A stretch of DNA of 64,000 bases from assembly GCA_963795085.1 (NCBI GenBank), contig CAWCFX010000002.1, positions 128,001 through 192,000 on the forward strand. Direction: 5' to 3'. The translations under genes and the position numbers were made by a program. The DNA comes from an uncultured Gemmatimonadales bacterium. Lineage in GTDB: Bacteria; Gemmatimonadota; Gemmatimonadetes; Gemmatimonadales; GWC2-71-9. The notes beneath the pieces were generated by a model. That model did no database searches. It had not been told where the DNA came from and saw only the letters and a program-made list of their open reading frames with translations. Shown one piece after another: positions 27,890 through 38,006 of this stretch (within the stretch, counting starts at the first letter, position 1; each line of letters begins with the position of its first letter).

Positions 27890-28060
27890 TCCGGCCGGGC
27901 TCATCATGTCCCGAGAATTGGCCTTCTGTCCAGCCGGGCATTAAGCTTCCCGCCCCGGGACTCCCTCCGGGCAGGCCGGTAAGTTCATATGGCTCGGCCA
28001 GTTGAGGGGCAGTTGATCCCCGAAGCGTAGATTGGCCCAGAACCCCGGCACCCGGCCGGA
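27890..28060 (+). ncRNA. Candidate long rod-shaped structured RNA (6S-like or leader)
   Basis: Nested complementary segments with G-U pairs favouring the + strand (see findings). Family not recognised. Confidence 0.35.
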
Positions 28061-28091
28061 TGCCCGGCACCCCAACATCGATGATCTCTCC

Positions 28092-29579
28092 ATGCCCTTG
28101 ATGACCACCGTTGTTTCCAGCGCGCCCAGCAAGCATGTCACTCCCCTCCTCGCCGTCCTGGTTCCCCGGGGGGCGATGCCGCCATCCCTGAAGGCGCTGG
28201 ACGAGGCCACCGGCGGCGCGATCGAACGACTCTTCGCTTCCGCCGATTTCAGCGGCAAGAAGGATGAGACCGCGGTGCTTTATCCCGGCGGCACGGCGGC
28301 TCGAATTCTCCTGGTCGGCCTGGGCAAGGGCCCCGAGGTCAGTCGCGCCGCCATTCGCCGCGCCGCGGGGACGGCCGCCCGGCGGGCCCGCGGACTCGGC
28401 GTACCGTCGGCCGCCTTGTACGTGGCGCCGGAAGGGTATGGATCGGTGGCGGCCGGGGACGTGGGCCAGGCTGCCGCGGAAGGCCTGGCACAGGGAACCT
28501 GGCACTTCGCCGACATGAAGCAGCCGCCAGAGGAGCCGAAACCGGCGCTGGAACGGTTCGAGATCCTGGCCGGGGCCGATCAGTCCGAGTTGATGGCGGG
28601 GCAGGCGGTGGGGGAGGCGATCGCGGCGGGACACGTGTACGCGCGCGGCCTCCAGGTGCTGCCACCCAACATCTGTACGCCGGCTTATCTCGGTGAACGG
28701 GCCGCCGAACTGGCCCGGCAGCACGGCTTCACCGCGACCGTGCTGGACCGGGCGGCCATTGAAAAGGAAAAGATGGGTGCGCTCCTCGCCGTCGCGCAGG
28801 GCAGCGCCCAGGAGCCCCGTTTCATCGTACTGGAATACCGGGGGGCCGAAGGCCCGCCGGTCGTCCTGGTGGGGAAGGGGGTGACCTTCGACACGGGGGG
28901 CATCTCGATCAAACCAGCCCAGAGCATGGAGGACATGAAATACGACATGTCCGGCGCGGCTGCCGTCCTGGGCACCTTCGAAATGCTGGGACGTCTCAAG
29001 CCCCGGATTCACGTGGTGGGGCTGGTCCCCTCGGCCGAGAACATGCCATCCGCCAATTCCTACCGCCCGGGGGACGTGGTCCGTACCATGTCGGGCAAGA
29101 CCATCGAAGTCGTCAACACGGACGCCGAGGGGCGGCTCCTGCTCTGCGACGCGCTGACCTTTGCGCAACGATACCAGCCGGCATGTGCGCTGGACATTGC
29201 CACCCTTACCGGCGCTATCGTCATCGCCCTGGGGCACGTCGCGATCGGCGTGATGGGCACCGACCAGCCCCTGGTCGATGCCGTCGTGGCCGCGGGCGAG
29301 CGTGCCGGCGAACGGGCCTGGCCGCTCCCGCTGTGGGACGAATACCGGGATCTCATCAAGTCGGATATCGCCGACGTCAAGAACAGCGGCGGCCGTCCGG
29401 CGGGCAGCATTTCAGCGGGATGGTTCCTCCGGGAATTCGTCGATGGTTTTCCGTGGGCCCACCTGGATATCGCGGGGACGGCCTACACCGAGCGGGACGC
29501 GCCCGACATGGGCAAGGGACCGACGGCCTCGGGGGTGCGGCTCTTCAGCGAATTCCTCCTGGCGCGGGCCGCGCAGTAG
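28092..29579 (+). CDS. pepA: Leucyl aminopeptidase (M17)
   Basis: VGKGVTFDTGGISIK, MKYDMSGAA, NTDAEGRL and HLDIAG. Confidence 0.96.
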   Translation: MPLMTTVVSSAPSKHVTPLLAVLVPRGAMPPSLKALDEATGGAIERLFASADFSGKKDETAVLYPGGTAARILLVGLGKGPEVSRAAIRRAAGTAARRARGLGVPSAALYVAPEGYGSVAAGDVGQAAAEGLAQGTWHFADMKQPPEEPKPALERFEILAGADQSELMAGQAVGEAIAAGHVYARGLQVLPPNICTPAYLGERAAELARQHGFTATVLDRAAIEKEKMGALLAVAQGSAQEPRFIVLEYRGAEGPPVVLVGKGVTFDTGGISIKPAQSMEDMKYDMSGAAAVLGTFEMLGRLKPRIHVVGLVPSAENMPSANSYRPGDVVRTMSGKTIEVVNTDAEGRLLLCDALTFAQRYQPACALDIATLTGAIVIALGHVAIGVMGTDQPLVDAVVAAGERAGERAWPLPLWDEYRDLIKSDIADVKNSGGRPAGSISAGWFLREFVDGFPWAHLDIAGTAYTERDAPDMGKGPTASGVRLFSEFLLARAAQ

Positions 29580-29595
29580 GCCCGGCCTGACCGAC

Positions 29596-31431
29596 GTGGC
29601 CTTTCTCCCGCCCGCAGGGATCCTCCGCATCCTCGGCCCCCGTTGCGGGCGGCTGCTCCTGGCCCTGGCCGGGCTGCTGGCGCTTGCGGCGGTGCCGGTG
29701 CGAGCCCAGATCCTGGATACGCTTCCCAGCGATACCCTCCCCTCCGACACGGTTGACCAGACCGCGCGCTTCCTGGAGGCGCAGCAGAACTCACTGATTC
29801 CCATGAGCGTGCTGCCCCACCTCGGGGCGGAGGGCCCCCGGGCTCCGCTCTCGCGCATCGTCCTCACCCGGGATTCCATCGACTGGGCGATCAACCAGTC
29901 GTTGGGCGACCTGCTGATGCGGGTGCCCGGGGTGTTCCTGTGGCGGGGCGGGTGGTTCGGGCGGCCGGAGTATCCCAACTTTCAGGGTCGCGGGGCCACC
30001 TCGGTGGAGTACTACCAGGATGGGTTGCCCCTGCTGCCGCTGGGGCGGGACAGCGTCGCCATCGATCCATCGCTTATTGCCCTCAGTTTTCTCGAGCGGG
30101 TAGAGATCGAGCGCTGGCCGGGCCTTCTCCGAGTTCACCTCTTCACCTGGCGGAACGACCGGCGGGCGGCGCGGTCGCGGGTGGGGCTGGCCTCGGGCGA
30201 CAAGGACATTTCCCGCTACGTCGGCGCCCTCGAGCGCCGTTTCGCCGGGGGGCTGGGGCTGGCGGTCGCCGCCGAGTATTTCGATGCGCCAACCGGCAGC
30301 GCATTCAACAGCGGCCACACCAACACATCCTACTGGCTGCAACTGGAGTACGTGCCGTCCGCCAACTTCGGGGTGCAGGCCCAGACCATCCGGATGTCTC
30401 CCTCCCGGAAAGCGTTCGAGCGCGCGGCGGGCGATACCATTGGCGATTTCCTGCGGGGCGATCGGTCCGACGACCAGGTCCGGCTCTTTTACAGGCGCGG
30501 TGCCGGCGACCGGGGACTTCGCATGGACGCGGTGTATGGCCATTCGCGGTGGCAGGGCAGCGGCGTCAATCAGTCGGTGGACCGGCTCGGCGCCTTTGTC
30601 TCGCTACGGGGGCCCGCCCTGCAACTCGGCGGCTCGGCGGTTTATCAATCCCGGTGGACCACGCTCGATGTCCGGGGCACCGCCGGGTGGACCGGGCTTC
30701 GGGGGATCACCCTGGACGGCGAAGCGGTGTTCCAGCGCCACGAAGGCGACCGGACCAGCCAGTGGCTCGCCGGCCGGGCCGGACTGCAGCTTCCGTTCGG
30801 GGTCGTCGCCGCGGGAGCGGCACGGGCCGGCACGCTGGTCGCGGCGCCCTCCATCCTCTCGGATTCGGGCCAGGGCATCGTGGACCTCTCGGGGCAGTTG
30901 AGCTGGCAACGCCCGTGGGTGGGGCTCGAGGTCGGAATCGCGCAGACCGATGGGTTCCGTCCCCATTCTCCCCAACCCTTCCTCCTGATCGACTCCCTTC
31001 GGCCGGCCGGCACCAGCCGCTGGCTCACGGTCGGCGCCCGGCTCTCGCCCCGGCAGTGGCTGACCATCGAGGGGTGGTACAGCGACCCCCTGGAGGGAAC
31101 GGTGGAAGGTATTCCCCCTACCCATTCCTGGGTGACCGGGACGATTCGCTCCCGGTTCCTCCGGACCTTTCCCAGCGGGATCTTCGATCTCAAGCTGCAG
31201 CTCGGCATGGAGGCCTGGAGTGACGGCGTCATCGGCCGGGACGCCGCCGGCGCCGCCATTTTCCACGGCGGGGCCACCTTCTTCCGGAGCGTGGTCGAAA
31301 TGCGGCTGGGCGGCCTGGTCCTCTTCTGGGACCGGATCAACCTGTCGGGCAACAAGCGGTCCTATGTCCCGGAATACCTGGTCCCCCGTTTCGGCAGTAC
31401 CTTCGGGGCGCGCTGGGAGTTCCTCAACTAA
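29596..31431 (+). CDS. Outer-membrane protein with TonB-type plug and beta-barrel
   Basis: Signal peptide, plug-like LGDLLMRVPGV..YYQDG..LERVEIER and C-terminal FGARWEFLN. Confidence 0.72.
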   Translation: MAFLPPAGILRILGPRCGRLLLALAGLLALAAVPVRAQILDTLPSDTLPSDTVDQTARFLEAQQNSLIPMSVLPHLGAEGPRAPLSRIVLTRDSIDWAINQSLGDLLMRVPGVFLWRGGWFGRPEYPNFQGRGATSVEYYQDGLPLLPLGRDSVAIDPSLIALSFLERVEIERWPGLLRVHLFTWRNDRRAARSRVGLASGDKDISRYVGALERRFAGGLGLAVAAEYFDAPTGSAFNSGHTNTSYWLQLEYVPSANFGVQAQTIRMSPSRKAFERAAGDTIGDFLRGDRSDDQVRLFYRRGAGDRGLRMDAVYGHSRWQGSGVNQSVDRLGAFVSLRGPALQLGGSAVYQSRWTTLDVRGTAGWTGLRGITLDGEAVFQRHEGDRTSQWLAGRAGLQLPFGVVAAGAARAGTLVAAPSILSDSGQGIVDLSGQLSWQRPWVGLEVGIAQTDGFRPHSPQPFLLIDSLRPAGTSRWLTVGARLSPRQWLTIEGWYSDPLEGTVEGIPPTHSWVTGTIRSRFLRTFPSGIFDLKLQLGMEAWSDGVIGRDAAGAAIFHGGATFFRSVVEMRLGGLVLFWDRINLSGNKRSYVPEYLVPRFGSTFGARWEFLN

Positions 31432-31553
31432 CGGCGGTTTCCCCCTCGATTCCTCAGTTCCTTCGACAGTGTCAAATCCCAATCCGGACCCTACCCTAAA
31501 TCCACCCGCCGGGCTAACTTTCGCGGCTGTTTTCCGCCCGTCGGAGGGTCGCA

Positions 31554-32429
31554 TTGCCACATAGCATGACCGGCTTTGGAGCGGCCGAGGGCCCGGTCGC
31601 GGGGGGCAGGCTCCGGGTCGAGATCCGGACTGTCAATCACCGGTACTTCAACCTCTCGCTCAAGGTGCCGCATGAGCTGGGCAGCTTCGAGGGCGAAGTG
31701 CGGGAACTGCTGCGAAAGGAGTTCGAGCGGGGCCACGTGTCGGTTTCCGGCCGCTGGGTGGAATACCCGGAGGCTTCCGCCACGACGGTGCTCAACCTGG
31801 AGCGGGCCCAGGCGGTGGTGAACCGGCTCCGTGAACTCCAGGCGGCGCTGGAGCTTCCCGGGCAGGTGGACCTGCCCATGGTGGCCCGCCACCCGGAGGT
31901 CTTTGGGAACCAGCAGGAAGAATCGCCTTTGCTGGCATGGGGCGAGGTCCAGGCGGTGCTCGCGGGGGCCGTGGCCGCCTGCCAGGCGATGCGGCAGCGG
32001 GAGGGGGCGGCGCTGGCCGACGAACTGCGAAACCGCCTCCTGTTGCTGGAAGGCGAGGCCCAGGTCATCGCCGCGCGGGCGCCAGAGCGGGTGCTGCGGG
32101 AGCGGGACCGGCTGCGGGCCGCCGTGGCCACCTTGCTGGACGGGCGCACCCCGGACGATGTCCGGCTCTCGCAGGAGATCGCGCTGCTGGCGGACAAACT
32201 GGACATTACCGAGGAGCTGGTGCGGTTCGGCGCCCACGTGGCCGCGTGCCGCGAGGTCCTGGCTGGCGCCGGTGCCAAGGGCAAGCAGCTCGGTTTCCTG
32301 GCCCAGGAGCTGGGGCGGGAGGTGAACACCATGGGTTCCAAGGCCAACGACGCCGTGATTGCCCACCAGGTCATCCAGATGAAGGGCGAACTGGAAAAGT
32401 TCCGGGAGCAGCTGGAGAACCTGGCGTGA
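31554..32429 (+). CDS. yicC: YicC/YloC endoribonuclease
   Basis: SMTGFG, VNHRYF, DITEELVR and QELGREVNTMGSKA. Confidence 0.93.
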   Translation: MPHSMTGFGAAEGPVAGGRLRVEIRTVNHRYFNLSLKVPHELGSFEGEVRELLRKEFERGHVSVSGRWVEYPEASATTVLNLERAQAVVNRLRELQAALELPGQVDLPMVARHPEVFGNQQEESPLLAWGEVQAVLAGAVAACQAMRQREGAALADELRNRLLLLEGEAQVIAARAPERVLRERDRLRAAVATLLDGRTPDDVRLSQEIALLADKLDITEELVRFGAHVAACREVLAGAGAKGKQLGFLAQELGREVNTMGSKANDAVIAHQVIQMKGELEKFREQLENLA

Positions 32430-33070
32430 ATCCGTTTCCGCTGGTGCTCTCCTCTCCCTCCGGGGGCGGCAAGTCCACCATCGCGCGCCAGTTGTTGCAG
32501 GGCCGGGACGACCTGGGGTACTCGGTGTCGGCCACGACCCGCCAGCCGCGGGTGAAGGAAGCAGACGGCCGGGACTATTTTTTCCTCAGCCGGGATGAGT
32601 TCATCGCCCGGCGGGAGCGGGGCGATTTCGTGGAATCGGCCAGCTACGCCGGGGAGTATTACGGCACTCTCACCAGCGAGTTCGAGCGGTTGTTCGCCGA
32701 CGGCAAGCATCCGATCCTGGACATCGAGATCGACGGCGCCCGGCAGATCATCCAGAGGTATCCGGACGCGGTGCGGGTGTTCGTCCTGCCGCCCAGCGGC
32801 GCCGAACTGGTGGACCGGCTGCGAGGCCGGAACACCGAGCCGGTCGAGATTCTCCGCCGCCGCCTCGACCGGGCGGCCGTCGAACTGGAAGCAGCGGGCG
32901 AATACGATTACGTGATCATCAATGACGACATCGTGACGGCGGTGGGGCACGTGGCGGCGATTATCGACGCCGAATGCCACAAGGTCAAGCGGCAGGCGGA
33001 CCTGCGTGCCACCGTCGAGGGCATTCGCAGGGACGTGATGGCAGTGGCGGAGCGGTTGGAACACCCGTAG
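32426..33070 (+). CDS. gmk: Guanylate kinase
   Basis: SPSGGGKST, SVSATTR, DGRDYFF and YYGT. GTGA overlap. Confidence 0.95.
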   Translation: MNPFPLVLSSPSGGGKSTIARQLLQGRDDLGYSVSATTRQPRVKEADGRDYFFLSRDEFIARRERGDFVESASYAGEYYGTLTSEFERLFADGKHPILDIEIDGARQIIQRYPDAVRVFVLPPSGAELVDRLRGRNTEPVEILRRRLDRAAVELEAAGEYDYVIINDDIVTAVGHVAAIIDAECHKVKRQADLRATVEGIRRDVMAVAERLEHP

Positions 33071-33113
33071 GGCGCAGGGCTGGTCACTCAAGGACCCGAG
33101 GAGAACGACACCG

Positions 33114-33326
33114 ATGCGGATTTACACACCGATGGAAGCGGCGCGGGAAGCCGGCAACAAGTACCTGGGCGTGCTGGTGGCCGCGAAGTTTTCGCGGTTT
33201 CTGAACGAACTGCCCAAGGAAAAGATCACCGAGAAGGAAGTGAAGCTCACCACGGTGGCGCTGGAGCGCCTGGTGGAGGGCGACCTCCAGTACAAGCTGC
33301 TGCGCCGGCGCCGCTCCGAAGCGTGA
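33114..33326 (+). CDS. rpoZ: RNA polymerase omega subunit
   Basis: GNKYLGVLVAAK..KLTTVALE; gmk-rpoZ-coaBC synteny. Confidence 0.85.
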   Translation: MRIYTPMEAAREAGNKYLGVLVAAKFSRFLNELPKEKITEKEVKLTTVALERLVEGDLQYKLLRRRRSEA

Positions 33327-34519
33327 CCTGGGCCGGCCGGCACGTCGTCCTCGGCGTCTCCGGCGGAATCGCGAGCTACAAGAGCTGCTATCTCGCCCGG
33401 CGACTCACCGAAGCCGGAGCCCGCGTGGACGTGGTGCTCACGCAGGGCGCCGCCGAGTTCGTCCGGCCGGTGGTCTTCGAAGCCCTGACTGGCCGCCCGG
33501 TGGTCACCTCGCTCTGGGACCGGGACCAGGCCCTCTCCCACATCCGGCTGGGACAGGATCCCGATCTGATCATCGTCGCCCCGGCGACCGCCAATCTCAT
33601 TGCCCGCGCCGCGCTGGGGCAGGCCGACGATTTTCTCACGACCCTGCTGCTGGCCCACACCCGGCCCGTCCTACTCGCCCCGGCCATGAACGACGACATG
33701 TTCGCCCATCCCGCGACCGGGGATAACCTTGCCCGCCTGGCGGACCGGGGGTTCCACGTGGTTGGCCCCGAAACCGGCTCGCTAGCCGAGGGGCCCTCCG
33801 ACCGGCCCGGCCGAATGAGCGAGCCGGACACCATCATGGCTCACGCCGCCCGGCTGCTGCATGGGGGAAGCCGGCTGGCCGGCCGGACCGTCGTGGTGAC
33901 CGCCGGCCCCACGCGCGAGGCTATCGATCCGGTCCGAGTCATCACCAACCGGTCCAGCGGAAAGATGGGCTACCGGCTGGCCGAAGCCGCCTGGGAGCGG
34001 GGCGCCCGAGTCATCCTCATCAGCGGGCCAGCCTCGATCGAGGCGCCGTCCCATATCCCTGTCATCAGGGTGGAGACCACTGCCGACATGCAGCAGGCGG
34101 TGCACCACGCTCTCGCCGGCGCGGATGTGCTGGTGATGGCCGCCGCCCCCGCCGATTACCGGCCTGCCACCGAGGCGAGCTCCAAGCTGGCCCGGGCCGA
34201 GGGACCGCTCTCGCTGTCGCTCGAGGCGACGCCGGATATCCTGGTCTCGACGGCCGCCGCCCGAAAGCCGGGCGCCGTGATCGTCGGGTTTGCCCTCGAA
34301 ACGGGTGCGGCCATGGACCGGGCCCAAGAGAAGCTGGTTCGCAAGAACCTGGATATCATCGTGTTCAACAACGCGTTCGAGGCCGGTGCCGGCTTCGAGG
34401 GGGACACCAACCGGGTGACCATCATCGCACGAGACAGCCCCCCGGTGAATGTGCCGGTCCAGTCCAAGCGGGCCGTGGCGGAGGCGATTCTCGACGCAAT
34501 CGAGGCCCGTCTTGGCTGA
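33323..34519 (+). CDS. coaBC: Bifunctional PPC decarboxylase/synthetase
   Basis: GGIASYK, PATAN, APAMN and TAGPTREAIDPVRVITNRSSGKMG. Confidence 0.96.
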   Translation: MTWAGRHVVLGVSGGIASYKSCYLARRLTEAGARVDVVLTQGAAEFVRPVVFEALTGRPVVTSLWDRDQALSHIRLGQDPDLIIVAPATANLIARAALGQADDFLTTLLLAHTRPVLLAPAMNDDMFAHPATGDNLARLADRGFHVVGPETGSLAEGPSDRPGRMSEPDTIMAHAARLLHGGSRLAGRTVVVTAGPTREAIDPVRVITNRSSGKMGYRLAEAAWERGARVILISGPASIEAPSHIPVIRVETTADMQQAVHHALAGADVLVMAAAPADYRPATEASSKLARAEGPLSLSLEATPDILVSTAAARKPGAVIVGFALETGAAMDRAQEKLVRKNLDIIVFNNAFEAGAGFEGDTNRVTIIARDSPPVNVPVQSKRAVAEAILDAIEARLG

Positions 34520-35297
34520 CGATCTCCGCCGGTACCTTCGGCAGCAGGCGGACCTGGGCGGTCCCGATGTGCTGGTCGGGTGGGGGACGCTACCGGTTGC
34601 CGTTCCGTCCGCCGCGGCCGCTGGCCTCGAGCCCACACCTGAGGCTGCACCTCCGGAGCAGACCGGCCGCTGGCGGAAGGACGCCCCACCGATCCCCGGG
34701 GCCGGCCTGGAGGTTTCTCCCCCCGAGCCAGGGGAGGGCTTCGCGGCGCTCACCAGCCTGGAGGCCGTCGCGGAGGCGGCCGCCGCCTGTACCCGCTGTC
34801 CCCTGCATCGAACCCGTACCAACAGCGTGCCCGGAGAAGGCAACCCCGCGGCACGGCTGCTGCTGGTCGGCGAGGGACCCGGCGAGACGGAAGACCGCCT
34901 GGGCCGGCCGTTCGTCGGGCGGGCCGGGGAGTTGCTGAACAAGCTGCTGGCGGCGATTGATCTGCCCCGGGACGCGGTCTACATCGCGAATATTGTCAAG
35001 AGCCGTCCGCCTCAGAACCGCCGGCCCTTGCCGGATGAGGTCGCAGCCTGTATTCCATTCCTGTACCGGCAAATCGCTATCATACAACCCCGAGTGATCC
35101 TGGCGCTGGGAGGCACCGCCGCCGAGTCGCTGCTGGGGGTCAAGCAGAGCCTGACCGCGCTTCGCGGGAAGGTGCATCGTTTCCGGGGGACTCCGCTGGT
35201 GGTGACGTATCACCCGGCCGCCCTGCTCCGGAATCCAAACTGGAAGAAGCCTACCTGGGATGACGTTCGTATCGCCCGTCAGCTCCTCGACATCTGA
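34512..35297 (+). CDS. Uracil-DNA glycosylase, family 4
   Basis: CTRCPL, VGEGPGETED, PFVGRAG and TYHPAALLR. Confidence 0.92.
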   Translation: MADDLRRYLRQQADLGGPDVLVGWGTLPVAVPSAAAAGLEPTPEAAPPEQTGRWRKDAPPIPGAGLEVSPPEPGEGFAALTSLEAVAEAAAACTRCPLHRTRTNSVPGEGNPAARLLLVGEGPGETEDRLGRPFVGRAGELLNKLLAAIDLPRDAVYIANIVKSRPPQNRRPLPDEVAACIPFLYRQIAIIQPRVILALGGTAAESLLGVKQSLTALRGKVHRFRGTPLVVTYHPAALLRNPNWKKPTWDDVRIARQLLDI

Positions 35298-36654
35298 ACA
35301 ACTCCCGGGGCGCTCCGCGCCCTGGGACGGCTCGGCCGAGCAGGCAGTCCTCGGATCCATGATGCTGGACCAGAACGCGGCGCTCCGGGCCGCGGAACTG
35401 CTGGACCAGAGTCATTTTTACCGGGAGGGCCACCGCCGGCTGTTCCGCTCGATGGCGCGCCTGGTGCAGCAGGGGGTCGTCATCGACCCGGTGACGCTGC
35501 GGGACGAACTGATGCGGCAGGGCGAGCTGGACGAGTCGGGCGGCGTGGAGTACCTGGCGGAGCTGGTGGACGCGGTGACCTCCACGGCGAACCTCGAAGC
35601 CCACGCCAAGATCATTCGCGACAAGGCGGTGATCCGCCAGCTGATCGAAGCCGCCACCAATATCATCGGGGAATCCTACGAGCAGCGGACGACCGCCAAC
35701 GAGTTGCTCGACCTGGCGGAGTCACGAGTCTTCCAGATTTCCCAGACCCGGCACGAGCGCGGCTTTACCCGGATCAAGGAGATGCTCTCGGAGACCATCG
35801 AGCGCATCGAGACCCTGCAGCGCAGCGGCAAGACCATAACCGGGGTGGCCAGCGGGTTCCGCGACCTGGACGAGTTGACGTCCGGCTTCCAGCGGTCCGA
35901 CCTGGTGATCGTCGCGGCCCGGCCCTCCATGGGCAAGACCGCCTTCTGCCTGAACGTCGCCGCCCACGCGGCCATCGAAGAAGACGTCGGTGTCGCCATC
36001 TTCTCGCTGGAAATGTCCAAGGAATCGCTGGTCCAGCGGCTGCTTTCCGCCGAGGCCTGGGTGGACAGCCAGAAAGTGCGCCGGGGCGGGCTGCTGGACA
36101 CCGATTTTACCAATCTCGCCAAGGCGGCGGGGCGGCTGCACAGCTGCCCGCTCTGGATCGACGATACCCCCTCCCTGACGCTGCTCGAGATGCGCTCCAA
36201 GGCGCGGCGGCTCCGGGCCCAGAACGATGTGGGCCTGATCGTCGTGGACTATCTCCAGCTCATGCGCAGTCCCGAGAAGGCCGAAAACCGGGTGCAGGAA
36301 ATCTCCGAGATCAGCCGCTCGCTGAAGAGCCTGGCGCGGGAGCTGGAAATCCCGGTGGTCGCGCTTTCCCAGCTTTCCCGCGCCACCGAGCAGCGGGGCG
36401 GCGACCGGCGACCCATCCTGTCAGACCTCCGTGAATCGGGCGCCATCGAGCAGGATGCCGACCTGGTGATTTTCATTCACCGGCCCGAGATGTATAAGAA
36501 CCCCGAGGATGCGCGGGCGGAGGGACTGGAGGGCAAGGCCGAGATCATCGTCGGCAAGCAGCGCAACGGACCGACCGGGTCGGTAAACGTGTTCTACCAT
36601 AAGCAGTTTACCCGGTTCGATAATCACACCAATCGGCCGGAGCCGGAGAACTAG
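35260..36654 (+). CDS. dnaB: Replicative DNA helicase
   Basis: AEQAVLG, AARPSMGKT, VDYLQL, LSQLSR and DLRESGAIEQDAD. Confidence 0.97.
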   Translation: MTFVSPVSSSTSEQLPGRSAPWDGSAEQAVLGSMMLDQNAALRAAELLDQSHFYREGHRRLFRSMARLVQQGVVIDPVTLRDELMRQGELDESGGVEYLAELVDAVTSTANLEAHAKIIRDKAVIRQLIEAATNIIGESYEQRTTANELLDLAESRVFQISQTRHERGFTRIKEMLSETIERIETLQRSGKTITGVASGFRDLDELTSGFQRSDLVIVAARPSMGKTAFCLNVAAHAAIEEDVGVAIFSLEMSKESLVQRLLSAEAWVDSQKVRRGGLLDTDFTNLAKAAGRLHSCPLWIDDTPSLTLLEMRSKARRLRAQNDVGLIVVDYLQLMRSPEKAENRVQEISEISRSLKSLARELEIPVVALSQLSRATEQRGGDRRPILSDLRESGAIEQDADLVIFIHRPEMYKNPEDARAEGLEGKAEIIVGKQRNGPTGSVNVFYHKQFTRFDNHTNRPEPEN

Positions 36655-36670
36655 CCATGGAATCCAGCCG

Positions 36671-37060
36671 GTGACCCGCCACGCCACGGGTTCGTTCAGC
36701 GTCTCCCTGGTTCCCCAGGACGGCGGCGGAAGCGCCATCGGGCGTTTCGTCATTGAGAAGCAGTTCTACGGCACCCTGGCCGCCTCGAGCCGGGGAGAAA
36801 TGCTGGCCTTTCGCACCTCCACCGAGGGCTCGGCCGGGTACGTGGCCATGGAGCTGGTGACAGGGACGGTGGCGGGACGGCGCGGGACGTTCGTGCTCCA
36901 GCACAGCGGCACCATGAACCGGGGAGCCGCCGGCCTGGGCGTCACCGTTGTCCCCGACTCCGGGACCGACCAGCTCGCCGGGTTGATGGGGAGCATGCGT
37001 ATCCTCGAGGGTGGGGCCCATGCCTATGAATTTGAATACGACCTGCCCGACGACGCCTGA
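36671..37060 (+). CDS. DUF3224-family protein
   Basis: GSAGYVAME..GRRGTFVLQHSG..VVPDSGTDQLAGL. Confidence 0.85.
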   Translation: MTRHATGSFSVSLVPQDGGGSAIGRFVIEKQFYGTLAASSRGEMLAFRTSTEGSAGYVAMELVTGTVAGRRGTFVLQHSGTMNRGAAGLGVTVVPDSGTDQLAGLMGSMRILEGGAHAYEFEYDLPDDA

Positions 37061-37391
37061 TCCGGTCGGCCCGAGCGCCGGCCATGCTGCGCTCTCATCC
37101 CGTGTTTCGCCGGCCGTCACCCACGGCCTGGGCCGCACCGAGTTCGCGTCCGATGCGCCGCTCGACCACGCGTCAGCGCCGGGCCCACCTGGCCCTGGGG
37201 CGGGGAGGCCGCACAGATCCGCTATTTCGGGGAGGACTTCCAACCCGGATTCCCGGCGATCCTGCTCCTTTCTCCCGGGTAGTTCCCGCAGGTTCCCAGT
37301 TACCCCTCGAGTCCACGCCCAGGGATATTCCCTGCATGAGGGTGGCGGCAACTACTGAAGGGGCCGAGGGTCAGGGGGCCAGGGGGCAGGG

Positions 37392-37898
37392 GCGGGCGTC
37401 GCCGCAACGGCCGCGCGTTCTTGCACCGGGTCGCGGTTATCCGATGCCGCATTGTCCCCCGATCGGACCGATATTCCCTCAATAGGGGGCGGAGGCCTCT
37501 ACTCAAGGGATCAAAGGGTCAGGGGCCGGGGGAGCAGTGCGGGCGTCGTTGCAACGGTCGCGCGTTCTTGTACCGGGTCGCGGTTTTCCGATGCCGCCTT
37601 GTTCCCCGATCGGATCGATATTCCCTCAATAGGGGGCGGAGGCCTCATCGGGAGGGGCCACTGACGGGCGTCGTCACAACGACCGCGCGCGTTTTCGTAT
37701 CGTGATCGCGATATTCCGATGCCACCTCTTTCCCGGTTCGGACCGATATTCCCTCATTAGGGGGCGGAGGCCTCACCGGGAGGGGCCAGTGCGGCGTCGT
37801 CATAACGACCGCGCGTTTTCGTACCGTGATCGCGATGTTCCGATGCCATCTCGTTCCCGGTTCGGACCGATATTCCCTCCATAGGGGGCGGAGGCCTC
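37392..37898. repeat. Array of four ~108-bp imperfect direct repeats, plus a degenerate partial copy at 37324-37348
   Basis: Units start at ~37392, 37539, 37665 and 37792; each ends GATATTCCCTC.ATAGGGGGCGGAGGCCTC (unit 3 has ATTAG). Confidence 0.92.
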
Positions 37899-38006
37899 AC
37901 CCGGGCCGTGGCGACTGGCCGCCAATGCCTGCATCCACAAGCCGGTTCCGATGTCAGGGCGCTGTTGCTCCTGGAGCGATCTTCCACCTCAACGACCTGT
38001 GCTGCC

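Noticed and set aside
35260..36654. Intein in dnaB
   Set aside because: The length (464 aa) is normal and the motifs are contiguous.
37392..37898. CRISPR array, integron attC array, or the small ORFs overlapping the repeats
   Set aside because: The units are ~108 bp with related short linkers, I found no convincing RYYYAAC/GTTRRRY-bounded attC structure, there is no integrase, and no reading frame is maintained across the units.
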